This document shows positions 1 to 12,065 of a stretch of DNA of 64,000 bases, piece after piece. The number at the start of each line of letters is the position of its first letter. Within the stretch, counting starts at the first letter, position 1. Position numbers and translations under genes: made by a program. Location: assembly GCA_964016885.1 (NCBI GenBank), contig OZ024742.1, positions 359,848,001 through 359,912,000 on the forward strand. The letters run 5' to 3'. The DNA is from Eledone cirrhosa. Its lineage: Eukaryota. Below the pieces are notes generated by a model. That model did no database searches and was not told where the DNA came from. It saw only the letters and a program-made list of their open reading frames with translations.

Positions 1-468
1 CACTGTAAGTAATATGTAACTCCTCAAGAGATTTCAGCTGTGTCATAACTGAATACATATCAAAATGGTCACTGTCATGTTCTCTGTCACTATTAGAATC
101 AGAATAATCATCTAAAAGATCAATAGCTTTATCTTCACATGCAACAGGTGGTAATAGCTGCCCAATATTGATACATTTGATATAATCTGAAGAATACTGC
201 AAAGTTTCATTTATTTCGGTCAGATCGGTTCTTTCAGGTACAAATAATTCAATGATATTCTCTAGGTTCCTTTCAAAATACATCCGTTTCCAGTTGTTAC
301 CATAATCAGAAACATTACAGAGAGCCCAACGCTTCTGACAACATCTTTTCCAATAACATTCTTCATCAATGAGCCCAGCTGTTATCTTCAGAGGTAAAGT
401 CACTGATAACTTCTCTAGAACTTTGTCTTTGTGTTTAGGTGTCATTTTTTGAAAATATGTTGAATTAT
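1..468 (-). CDS. TCTE1: TCTE1/DRC5 (dynein regulatory complex subunit 5) internal coding exon, runs off the window start
   Basis: Hand translation gives (Y)NSTYFQKMTPKHKDKVLEKLSVTLPLKITAGLIDEECYWKRCCQKRWALCNVSDYGNNWKRMYFERNLENIIELFVPERTD...INIGQLLPPV...DHFD...LKSLEELHITYS, which matches the TCTE1 motifs YWxRCC, WKRMxFERxLE and QxLPP. Acceptor tttcAG at 470-469. Phase fits the upstream exon (T+AT = Tyr). Confidence 0.92.
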
Positions 469-1577
469 CTGAAATAAGGAATAAACTCAGTCAACCATGT
501 GATATTGTGATGTGCTGTGATGTGATATTGTGAAATTGTGATATGAGATATATATGATGTGATATCACTATATTATGATATTATATGATATGATGATTTG
601 ATGATGAAATGATATAATATGATACTATATATGATATTATATTATGATATTGTAATATATGTTGTGATATTATTATATTCAATCATTAGAAGATCAAAGT
701 CTTTATAAGCACTCCTCTCTTCAGTTAATTAACTTCCATCTCACTGCAAATGTAGGAATGTTGCCATTTATAGTCCTTTAAAAACAAGAATATTTTGCAT
801 TTTTTAAACTCTCCCCAGAAAATTCAGTTCAATAGATGTATTTAAAAAATAAGGAACCTTTTCATTACCATATTTCTAGTGAAAACACTGGCTATGATTT
901 ACAAATAATATTTTAAATAATAAAAAATTCAAAGGAAATTTTATCATTATTAAGCTTGTTTGGAACATAACTTAAAGATTCTTATATAAAATTATGATAA
1001 AAGCCTTTTAGATAAATGTTAACATTTTAAAATAAACAGTAATTTATCATAGAACCATGGGTTGTTTCAGGTTGTTTGGTATCACAAAGTTCATAATACA
1101 TTTACACAATCTGTTGTGAGTCAGGCAGATGGTGACCTTTGAAAAGATTTTTAAAGAAATAGAAACTTATGTCCAACCAAGTATCCTACACTTCCAACTA
1201 ACTTACCCTCCACCTCTGGGTCCTGGATGACAGGATAGAGAATACATTACCCCAGAGGTCAGCAAGAAATGTCCTGGATCAGACACTCCACCTCACAGGG
1301 TCTCACACCTGTGTGCAGCCAATTCGGCTCCAATAGCAGTAAGTAGGGATGTAGTCTCGGGGCCAAGAATGCTAGAAGTCTCCATTGCTACGGACTCTAC
1401 CACAAACCTATCACTGTATCAGTAGAAGAGGAGCAGATGTGAAAGTAGGACAAGTTGATGGCTACATTTGATGCATCGCATTAGAGTTATACCTATCTTC
1501 ATAAGCTGAAGAAACTTCCAGTTAGTATCTAGCCATTGTGACTTCCCTGGCTGCAGAAAATACTTTTTCTGCTCCAT

Positions 1578-1803
1578 TTAACCATTTAGCATTTACATTG
1601 TTCTATATATATTATTGTATTTTCATGGTAAAGACTTTATCTTACACAAAATCTCACAATGTCGAATCTATCAGATTTGGATATTATCAATGTAGAGAAC
1701 AATACCTTAACATCAGTATGAGTTGCCAGTTATGGCCCATTTGAAGAGAAAGAGGTGAGAGAATTTGGACCAGATATGGCTGGTTTAAATGCTAAAGGGT
1801 TAA
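1578..1803 (+). mobile_element. piggyBac-type MITE
   Basis: TTAA-CCATTTAGCATTTA...TAAATGCTAAAGGG-TTAA terminal inverted repeats; same family at 29533-29757 and 31683-31946. Confidence 0.75.
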
Positions 1804-2694
1804 ACAACTAAGAATTGAAAGTAATTTTTTACTTTTATAATAGTTTTGCAAAACGAAACAAATTTACAGTAAAACACTAAATGTTCCTATGAAGAGATGA
1901 TGTCTGAATGAGAATCCTCCATCTTCAACTAACTTACCCCCATCCCCACTCCTGGGTCCCAGCCAACAGGATGGAGAATATATTGGCCCAGAGGATGGTG
2001 AGGGAGATATACTGGAACAGCCACTCCACCTGTGGGTGGCCAACTCCCCTCCAATTGCAATGGGTAGGGATGTGGCTCGGAGGCCAAGAACTCTGGAAGA
2101 ATAGAAATTGAACACTATATGTCACAACAGTATCCCTATGTCTCCAACAGGAGTCACAGCTCCATACATATATATCATTATCTAAGATTATTAATGAATA
2201 ATTGAAAGCTTGCTGTAGACTCAGCTTGCAGTAAACTTTGCTACATCAATGTATTTTCCAAGCAACGTCCCTGAGGGTTCACGAGTATAACAGAAGTAAT
2301 TAATATATAACAAGTTACATAAGATAGTTAGAATAGTAAATATATTCCAGAGACTGAAAGACTGTGATAATTGAACATAATTTTATTGATATGTAACAAA
2401 CAGACAATTTAGATTTTACTCACATATCGACATTTATTCGTATTCAACTATCGTTTTACTTTCAGAAAGAAGATAATTTGGACATAGATATAACATGCAG
2501 ACATTAAACGATGATGATAATGTTGATGGTAGTGATGATGATGATGATAATGATGATAATGATGTTGATGACATAACAGGATTACGGCTGAAAGTGCCAG
2601 ACAGTTGAAATGGGTTAGAGTTTAGCTTCTGTGAAAAACCGACTTCTAAATATGAGCTTCATTGGAGAGTTAAAACTATTTACAGCAAATCAAC

Positions 2695-2975
2695 CTGTGA
2701 GGTCAGGCCTATGCCTGCTACTGGTACATCTAACCCAGTATAATCTGTTTCATGGTCAATATCAGACCAGATCCGGCTTCTGTCTGCTACTGGTACCATC
2801 TAACCCAGTATAACCTGTTTCATGGTCAATATCAGACCAGATCAGGCTTCTGTCTGCTACTGGTACCATCTAACCCAGTATAACCTGTTTCATGGTCAAT
2901 ATCAGACCAGATCAGGCTTCTGTCTGCTACTGGTACCATGTAACCCAGTACAACCTGTTTCATGGTCAATATCAA
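2695..2975 (+). repeat. 70-bp tandem repeat, about 4 copies
   Basis: Unit atcagaccagatcaggcttctgtctgctactggtaccatctaacccagtataacctgtttcatggtcaat starts at 2761, 2831 and 2901. Confidence 0.9.
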
Positions 2976-2989
2976 TATCATGGTAAATG

Positions 2990-3310
2990 AGAACGACCGA
3001 GCATGGATGTGTTGAGATAGAAACTGTCTGAGACGGATAAATTGAAGTGTGCAGGAGAGGAGACTGAGATGGTATGGACATGTGACGCGCAGGGAAGATG
3101 ACCAATGGGTAAAGAAGTACCAAGAAATGCCAGTTGAAGGAAGATATAGTAGAGGAAGACCACGAAAAACATGGGCGGAGGTGGTGAGAGTAGACCTCAG
3201 ATCGCTGAAGCTCACGGTGGAGATGATGAAGGACCGTGGAGAGATGCTGTGCTGAATAGGACCCGTCCTACCCTTGCAAGCAGGGAAAAGTGGATGTTAA
3301 ATGATGATGA
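2990..3310 (+). mobile_element. RTE LINE 3' fragment
   Basis: ERRLRWYGHVTRR...GRPRKTW followed by a (GAT)n tail; same family as 62690-63120 and 18465-18650. Confidence 0.85.
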
Positions 3311-3754
3311 TATACGTTAATAGTTTTTGTATATCTTTGTATTTGCTTTGTATTTTATCAAATTTAAAAAAAATACTTTTTGATAGATTCAACTGATGCT
3401 TTCTCAACCTGCACACTAACATTGTAAGAGGGAAATGACAGTTCAGGAACCAAGAACACCAGAAGACTTGATTGTGACTGTCATGAAAAGGAAGTGATAT
3501 TTGGATACCTCCACCCCTCTACGGGTGGCAGTGTTGTTGTTTTGGATCGAAATAATAAGGTTGGAGCCAGAGATTATGTCACAGCATGTGGCATCTCTAT
3601 TCATTTTCCTCACAGTACCCCAACATAGCTCATTTTTACTATACTATATGCATCATTATGCCATTTAACCCTAAGTTTCCAAACCTAGCTCTGGTTGTAT
3701 GAAATAAAACCATCCATTTTAAAAGTTTCTAGTTTAAATTAAAATCTTCCAATA

Positions 3755-3800
<46 letters not shown>

Positions 3801-3803
<3 letters not shown>

Positions 3804-6505
3804 CTCCCAACATAGACTGATAATTAGCGACCTCATAGTCAGGACGAGACGTACTCGACAGCAGAAGAGGACTATCCTCAGGAGAAAAATATGGAAGCTA
3901 AAGGACCCCACAGCCAGGAATAAATTTCAAAGCATATTACTTGATGCTTTCGACAGTAAGGAAGAACATTTAGAGTCGGACAATATAGAGGGAGAGTGGG
4001 AATTTCTGAAAGCAAACCTGCTGTTGGCGACAGACGAAGTCTGTGGCTGGAGCAGGCCTGTAGGCAGGAGGAGAGTAACATGGTGGTGGAACAGTAAGGT
4101 GGAGGGGTCAATTAAGGCCAAAAAGCAGGCTTGGAAAGTATGGCGGGATGGGGGAAGTAGAGAAGACTATCAAGTGGCCAGGAGGGAAGCTAGGAGACAA
4201 GTGTACTTAGCAAGAAGGGAAGCTGAGGAAAGAAAGTTCAAGCATGTTCTACAACGCGATGACCAAAAACGTGAGGTGTTCAGGATTGCTAGGCAATGCG
4301 TCAAGGAAAACCGTGATATTGTCGGGGAGAAGTGTGTACTAAACGACGATGGTACACTTGCCATCACCGACGCTGATAAGAAGGTAGCTTGGAAGTGTCA
4401 CTATGAAAGGCTACTAAATGAGGAGAATAAATGGGAGAAAGACAGTCTCCCCCATATCGACCCAATAGAGGGACCAGCAGTGTTAGTCGAGGGGAGTATA
4501 ATAAGTAAGGCAATCAAGGATATGAAGACGGGTAAGGCGGCTGGGCCTTCGGAAATAGTTGCTGAGATGCTGAAGGCATCTGGCACGGTGGGACACACCA
4601 TGGTCACCCACATAGTTAACCAAGTCGTACAGAATGGGGTTGTTCCGAAGGACTGGCATAGCAGCATCATCGTTAACTGTTATAAGGGTAAAGGAGACGC
4701 CCTAGATAGGAGTAACTATAGAGGCATTAAATTAATCGACCAGGTCATGAAGGTCACGGAAAAAGTAATAGCGCAACTAATCAGAGAGAGAATTGACCTA
4801 GATGAAATGCAGTTCGGGTTTGTGTCAGGCAAAAGTACCACAGACGCTCTTTTCATAGTACGACAACTACAGGAGAAGTACCTAGCTAAAGGTAAACCCC
4901 TCTACTTAGCTTTTGTCGACTTGGAGAAAGCCTTCGACAGAGTCCCCCGCTCCATTATCTGGTGGGCTCTTAGAAAACTAGGCGTTGACGAATGGCTTGT
5001 GAGGGCTATACAAGCCATGTATAAAGAAACAGTCAGCAAGGTTAGAATTAACAACGAATATAGTGAAGAGTTTAGCGTAAAAGTTGGCGTCCATCAGGGC
5101 TCTGTTCTCAGCCCCCTACTATTTATTATTGCCCTTCAGGCTATAACAGAGGAGTTCAAGACAGGCTGCCCATGGGAACTCCTATACGCAGACGACCTGA
5201 CACTCATAGCGGAATCAATAGCTGAGCTAGAGAAGAAATTCCAAACATGGAAGCACGGCCTAGAGTCAAAAGGACTTAAAATTAACCTGGCTAAGACCAA
5301 AGTTCTAGTTTGTAGGAAAGAAAACAAGGCGGCGATCCCTTCTGAGAAATGGTCGTGCTCGGTGTGTAGGAAAGGCGTAGGTAGAAACTCCATTTTATGT
5401 CCTAAATGCAAAGTATGGGTGCATAAAAGATGTAGTGGGATCACAGGTAAGCTAACTAAGAACATAGATTTTACATGTGGCCGGTGTTCTGGTGCAATAA
5501 GTAGCAGCAAGTGCCCACAAAATACTAGCTCTTTCAATTGCGCAGAGGGTTCTATAGAAATAGTGGACAGCTTCCGTTACCTGGGCGATAAAATCAGCAG
5601 TGGGGGAGGGTGCTCTGAAAGTACTGTAGCTAGAGTCAGAACTGGTTGGAAAAAGTTCAGAGAGCTTATACCACTATTAGCTGCTAAAGGGTTCTCCCTA
5701 AAAATGAAAGGCAGGTTGTACGATGCCTGCATACGAACAGCAATGATGCATGGCAGTGAGACCTGGGCATTGTGTGCAGAGGATATACGCAGACTAGAGA
5801 GGAACGAAGCTTGCATGCTCCGCTGGATGTGTAACAGTAATATACGTGAACGGCAAAGCATAAACGAACTAAGGAAAAAATTAGAGATAAGAGGGATCAG
5901 ATGTTGTTTACTCGAGAGAAGGCTACGTTGGTATGGACACGTGATGCGCATGAAAGTCGATAGCTGTATAACAAAGTGCAGGGCAATGAAGATAGACGGT
6001 AGCCACGGAATAGGCAGACCTAGAAAAACCTGGGACAAGCTGATAAACTCCGACCTCACACACTTACACCTCTCCAAGACAATGTCACTGGACCGAGACC
6101 TTTGGCGGTACTCAGTAACAGAGAAGACCCGCCTTGCCAGTAGGCATCTCTAACAAAATACACCCTGTCCCGCCACCACCCCCACCCCATCCACACCACC
6201 CCGTTCTATGTAAAGTTATGTTGGTGCCGCGCCATCGAGGCCGAAACAAATGAGATCGTGTAGGTGTCACGACAAAAAAACACACAGTCCACACTGTAAT
6301 GTGGCCGTGTAGGCAACACGGTAAAAACCTCCCAGACCCACACTGTAAATGTGGTTGGTGTTAGGAAGGGCATCCAACTGTAGAAAACCTGCCAGACAGT
6401 CCTATGCGAGCAAGACAATCACTCTTGCCTCAAGTGGGACTACCCCCGTCCAAACCCATGCAAGCGTGGAACACGGACGTTAAACGTTGATGATGATGAT
6501 GATGA
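3801..6505 (+). mobile_element. RTE-clade LINE, 5'-truncated, inserted in (TA)n
   Basis: Long reverse transcriptase (RT) ORF, 3'UTR and (GAT)n tail, with (TA)n on both sides. Confidence 0.95.
3802..6153 (+). CDS. RTE ORF: end of APE endonuclease, RT and a PHD-like Cys/His insert (5'-truncated)
   Basis: Open from TSQHRLIISDL. Motifs NYRGIKL, FVDLEKAFDRVP, GVHQGSVLSP, YADD, FRYLG, RLRWYGHV. Confidence 0.9.
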
Positions 6506-7119
6506 TATATATATATATAAGAACCTTACATTAAGTTACTATCTTACTAATGAAATAATTGATAATTTTAGTAAATCTCTCAAAATTCTTCATTCACTAA
6601 TTGAAAGAGTGTATTTCATTAGAAATACGGTCATGAAAGTTTTAAATTACCTACTTATAGTACGGTTGGTAATCCATTAATAATTACCTAATCATATGAA
6701 ATGAATCTTTGTTTCATAATGTTTTACTTTTTTTAAGCAACATTGTCTCGAAAACCGAGATGGAGCACAAGAATTCATAGGATGAGAAAAACTCAACACA
6801 AGTAAGTTGTTAAAACAGCAAAATGCCGTCAATGATAGCATCAGGTAAAAATTACCTCAAAGGACAGAAATCAGTAGCAAAAGTGATAGGAAGAAAGAAA
6901 AAGTAAAAATGAATGAGACAAGATCACACACATCTTTTAACCTCTTCAGTTCATAGACTGGCTGTGGTATCGCACAATTTAAATGAAAGTACCACATAAA
7001 ATTGTCAGCTCATGCATCAGAAAAATATTTCTGTTGGTATGGTGTGTGCACAATAAAACAAATGAGACAGATCAGAAAGAGAAGTAAAGTTTTTTTTAAA
7101 AGGATTCGTGTTATGTTAT

Positions 7120-7310
7120 TAGTTGGCAGCATCGGTAGAGAGTCAGACACCATGCTTTGACGCATAGAGTTACGGCCCTTGCCTTTCTGAGTTCAAATTC
7201 CACCGAGGTTAACTTTACCTTTCATCTTTACGGGGTCGATAAAATAAAGTACCAGTAATGCACTGGGTAATTGCTGGCCTTGTGCCAAAAGTAGAAACAC
7301 TTATTAGTAT
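7120..7310 (+). mobile_element. tRNA-derived SINE
   Basis: A-box-like TGGCAGCATCGG, B-box-like GAGTTCAAATTCC, body cctttcatc...ggggtcgataaaataaagtaccag; several copies in the window. Confidence 0.8.
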
Positions 7311-7761
7311 GCGAAGGTATGTGTGGCGTAGTGGTTAGGTTGCTCAGTTCACCATCCTATGGAGTTCTATTGCCAATAAAATATTGTCTCATTTGAGCAA
7401 GATACGTTATATCACAATCAGCTGGTAAAATTGAGTTACACCTGTAATTCCAAGAGCCAACCTGTTATGTATTGTACCATGCTGAATCTCCATGGAAATT
7501 GGGTTAAGAGTACATGTGTCTATAGAATGCTCAGGCACTTGCATGTTAATTTCAAACATCTGAAACTCATTGTCAGAAGTGATGGAGGTCCAACACACAC
7601 ACACACACAATAGTATATTTTGTTGATAGAGTAGATGAATGGATAAATAAACAGATGGGTGAATACATAGAGAGATATCTTTCTTTATTTGCCACATACA
7701 AAAATGGGACATTACAAGACGTGACGGCGGGGGTTTTACATAAAATCTTTAACAATAATAA

Positions 7762-7950
7762 TTGTTTCTACTTTTGGCATAAGGCCAGCAATTATCCCAG
7801 TGTATTACTGGTACTTTATTTTATCGACCCCGTAAGGATGAAAGGCAAAGTTAACCTTGGCGGGATTTGAACTCAGACCATAAAGGGCTGTAACTCTTTG
7901 CTACAAAGCTTGGCGTCCGACCCTCTACTGATACTGCCAATCCACCGCCC
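7762..7950 (-). mobile_element. tRNA-derived SINE inserted in the L1/Tx1 3'UTR
   Basis: Same family as 7120-7310; flanked by the duplication ctttaacaataataat at about 7747 and 7950. Confidence 0.85.
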
Positions 7951-10900
7951 TTTAACAATAATAATGGATAACATTAGAATTTATAAAAAATAAAACAATC
8001 AAAATCCCCAATAGGGAGGGACGATACTGCAGGGTTGTTTTACACCCTGTGGATAGAACAACCCTCAACGCCAGGAACACATCTTCCCTCTGTCTTCTTC
8101 AACCTACATGTTTATATACAGAGAAGGCCCATTCACTCGGGCCATTTTCGCCACATTCACCCACCTTTCAGTGAATTTACTGGGGTGTAGCACCTCTCTC
8201 TCCACTCTCACCTTCCTTCTGAAGTGGTACTTAAAGAAGGGGATGAGTTGTTGTCCAGAGAGAAAGGTGTTTGCCTCTTTCGCTATAGACACCAGACAGA
8301 GGAAAACTGCCTCTCCTTCATTCTTAAATGAAGGTGGCGGATTGATCCTCACGATGGACTCGGCTGACAACTGGATGCGTCCTACACATGACAGTAGCTG
8401 TTCAACATAATCGGTCACCTTTGGGCACTGAACAATTGCGTGCAGAATGGTTTTGATGTCCTGCTCGCATCTTGGACAGGCCCTTTTGGTAGGATCTCTG
8501 CCAGGGAATCCGTGCCTGTAGATTTTATCTTGAACTGGTAGAGCTCCTCAGTAGCACTGCCAGGACAGAGACTGCTGGAAGTTATCCATAGGCCCTGGAC
8601 TGAAAGTCCTCCCAAACAGACTGGTCAGTTTGTCCTCCTCAATGACTAGAATTTCCCTGAGAACATCATTGCACTTATCCTCCATTAATCCCCTATAGAC
8701 TGTTGAAGTGGAATCTGCACTGATTGCTGTTTCGCTTGGTAGAGGGCTGTGAGGACCTGAAGGCACTCAACATTCTATAGGGGATTAGTGGAGGATAAGT
8801 GCGACGATGTTCTCGGGGAAACGCTAGGCATCAAGGAAGACGAACTGACCAGTCTGTTTGGGAGGACTTTCCGTCCAGGGCTTATGGATAACTTCCAGAA
8901 GTCTCTGGCCTGGCAGTGCTACCGAGCAGCTCTACCAGTTCAAGACAAAACCCAGGACTGCAGCTCTGTTAGTGAGACGGTCAGGAATACTTGGAGATGG
9001 TGTAGCCTCAGCATGTGTTTGTGCATCATCAGCCATGGCATGCCAAGCCCTCCATTAGAAGGGTGTTGACAGCAGATGGATCTCCTCACCAATGGAGCCT
9101 GTTTCTTCCAGAGGAACTTGAAGAGTAGGCATTCCATTTTGGTGAGGTGTTCACGGGGACAAGGCACGATTGTCAAGCGGTAGTAGATGACGGACACTAT
9201 GTATGTGTTCGCCACCTCCGCTCGACCTTTCAAGGAGAGTTTCCACTCAGCCCACTTCTGGGTGAGTGCAAACATTTTTGCCATAACCTCGTTCCAATTC
9301 TTGTCCACCTGGAGATCTGGACCAAACCAGATCCCGAGCAATTTCACCAGTCCTTCCGTCCAGTGTCCAATGACACTGTCGGAAGGCATGGGTTTGCTTC
9401 TCCATGTGCCGAGTTGCAAACCAACAGACTTGTTTGGGTTTAGTCTTGCTCCTGTCAACGTTTCGTATTCCTGTAATAGGTTGCCGATTACCCCGATTTC
9501 CGACACCATCACGGTTATGTCGTCGGCAGAGGCCGACACTGGTTTCCGCAGTCCTGGTTCGATCGGGATGCCCTGCAACAGCTCCAACTTCCGCAGTAAC
9601 GGCTCGAGAGTCAGTACATACAGAATGGAGGAGAGAGGACATCCCTGACGGATGGAACACATGATTTGGAATGACTCCGAATGGCTGCCGAGCAGATGCT
9701 GGTGTGTATGGCAGCGATCCAGCCTCTGAAGACGGGACCGAAGCTGGCCGCCTTGAGAACCACTTCCAAGTATTGATGGTCGACCCTATCAAATGCCTAA
9801 GACTGATCTAAATTGATCAGAGCCCCACCGAAGCCAGGTTTACACCCTACCCTCGCTATGATGTATCGCATGAGGTGGAAGTTGTTGTGTATGGACCTGG
9901 TCGAGATTGCACATGCTTGCGCTTCACCTACCAGGTTCTTGACGATATGCGCCAGCCTCGTTACTAACACCTTGGCCAAAATCTTTAACTCTGTGTTGAG
10001 CAGAGTTATGGGCCTGAAATTGCTTATCTCATCTTTCCTGATCAGCATTACTACGCCTCTGCCTACAGAACTGGGAATCCTCCCGTTCTGCTGCCAGTTG
10101 CAGTAGACCGCTTCGAGGATGCCAGAGAACAAGTCTGGCATGCCTATGTAAAACTCATAGGGTAGACCATCTAAACCGGGTGATATGTGTTTCCCACAGT
10201 GGCCTAGGGCATCTTCTATTTCATCCCGCTGTGATCGGCTTTTCAAAGCTCTCTGCATCCGTGCTCGAGAGTCGTGGTAGGAACTGAAGTCCATCACCTT
10301 GCTCAACGTACCGCTAGGCCCGAACAGTTGTGTAAAGTGGTGTTGGAAGGCCGTGCACATCTGCTTGGATTCAAGTAGAATGTGTCCATCTTTGTCTTAC
10401 AAAGACCGAATTGTGGATTTGTTGCCTCTTTTCTCCTCTGCCACTCAAAATCACCAAACATGGGGGTTAGCTGCTGCTTGTCATGAATCCTGAACTCGGT
10501 GATGGCTATCACATCTATACAGTGTGACCTTTTAAAAACTGGCCCTGTTTCCAAGGCATGCCCAGGCCACGTACAGTCAAACATCCAACTTGTATAGTCG
10601 CCATGTTGTTGAAGAAGAGTTAGGGAGAGAAAAGGCAGGAGTACTTACCTTTTCGTTTCTTGGAGGTCAGTTGTTCGATCTCCATGTTCAGATTGGGGGT
10701 GTTTGGGGAGGGAGGGAATCCTTTTAGCAGTACACGGTTCAGGGGTTTTTGGCAAGGGGGGGGGGGGGGGGCCATCATGTGGGAAGTTCCCTTTTAATGG
10801 TTTGTACTGTAGGGTTGTTACCCTGATTAGTTTAAGGTTTTCCCTTCCGTTTGGATTGTGGGTCCTTTCGGACAGTTTCCACCAGTTCTTTGTTTCTTGT

Positions 10901-12065
10901 TTTTATGTATGTGTAATGTGTTTCGTTTTTTATGAGTGCTGTTTCTGTTTGTAGTTTTCTTTTTGTGGTTGGGGTTTGTGATTGTGGTGGTGTGGGTGTT
11001 TGTTTTGTTGGTGAAGTGTTGGGTTGTGGTGTGGTTGTCGTTTGTGGTGATATGTTTATGTCAGTGTTGGGTGTCTGCGTGTTTTCTGCTTTTGTTTTTG
11101 TATTTTTTCTGTGTTTTTTTTGCTTCTTGGATTTTTGGGGTTCCTCTTCATCCTCACTGGTAGAGGTTGCCGTATCTGAGGTGTTACCATTGTGGGTAGG
11201 TGGGAGGGGTATGTTGTGTGGTGGTAGAGTATTTGTGTGTGTGTTTGTGGGAGTGTTAGACAAAGAGGGAAGGGTGGGACAGGGTCCTTCAGTGGAATTT
11301 TTGGAGTGGTGTCTTTTGTGGTTTGTGAATGTTGATGTTTTAGGGGTTGTGTTTTTTGTTTTCAGATGTCTGTTGTGGTTTTGGGGTTGACAGCAATGCC
11401 TTTTGCTTTTCCACATCCAGCATTGGGCAAAATGCTTTTAAATGTGTGTTTTTTCCACATTTGAAACATTGTGGTCTTTTGCCCACCACTGCCATGTGGA
11501 CAACATGGTTGTCATCCACCGGCACCCTTTCCGGTATTTTTTCAATCCTCTCCGATTTCATTTGGACCAAGAGCTCCATTGAGATCCCGTTCCAGTTCTG
11601 TCGGATTGATTTTTTTACAGAGAGAAGGTTGTCTCCACCCTTCTCCAAAAAACCACCCAAGATCCACCAAATGTTGATGTTCGGTGGGATCTTGGAGATC
11701 CTTATTTTATGGGTTCTTCTTCCCATGTATGTTGCGAAGAGGATGTGTTGGCTCATTCTAATTGGAACCACCAAATATTTCTGGGCGAGAGCCTCCCTTT
11801 TAAAGAGCACCAAGATGCTCCCGTACTGCTTGGCCCTCTGGAGGTAAGCAATGTCTGGCATTGCCTTCTTTAGTGCAGTTTCCATCGTGCTATTGTTTAA
11901 AGCCATGGATTTCTTGGTTTGTGAGCAGATAGTCCGGAAGAAAATTGTTTTTCTTAAGGTCGCAGCCCTAATTTCCGGTGGGGTACTTATTCGAAAACCA
12001 TTACCCTCTAAAAGTTATATGTTGCGCAGCATCCTTTAGGTGCTGTGCTTGGTTTGACAAACTCT

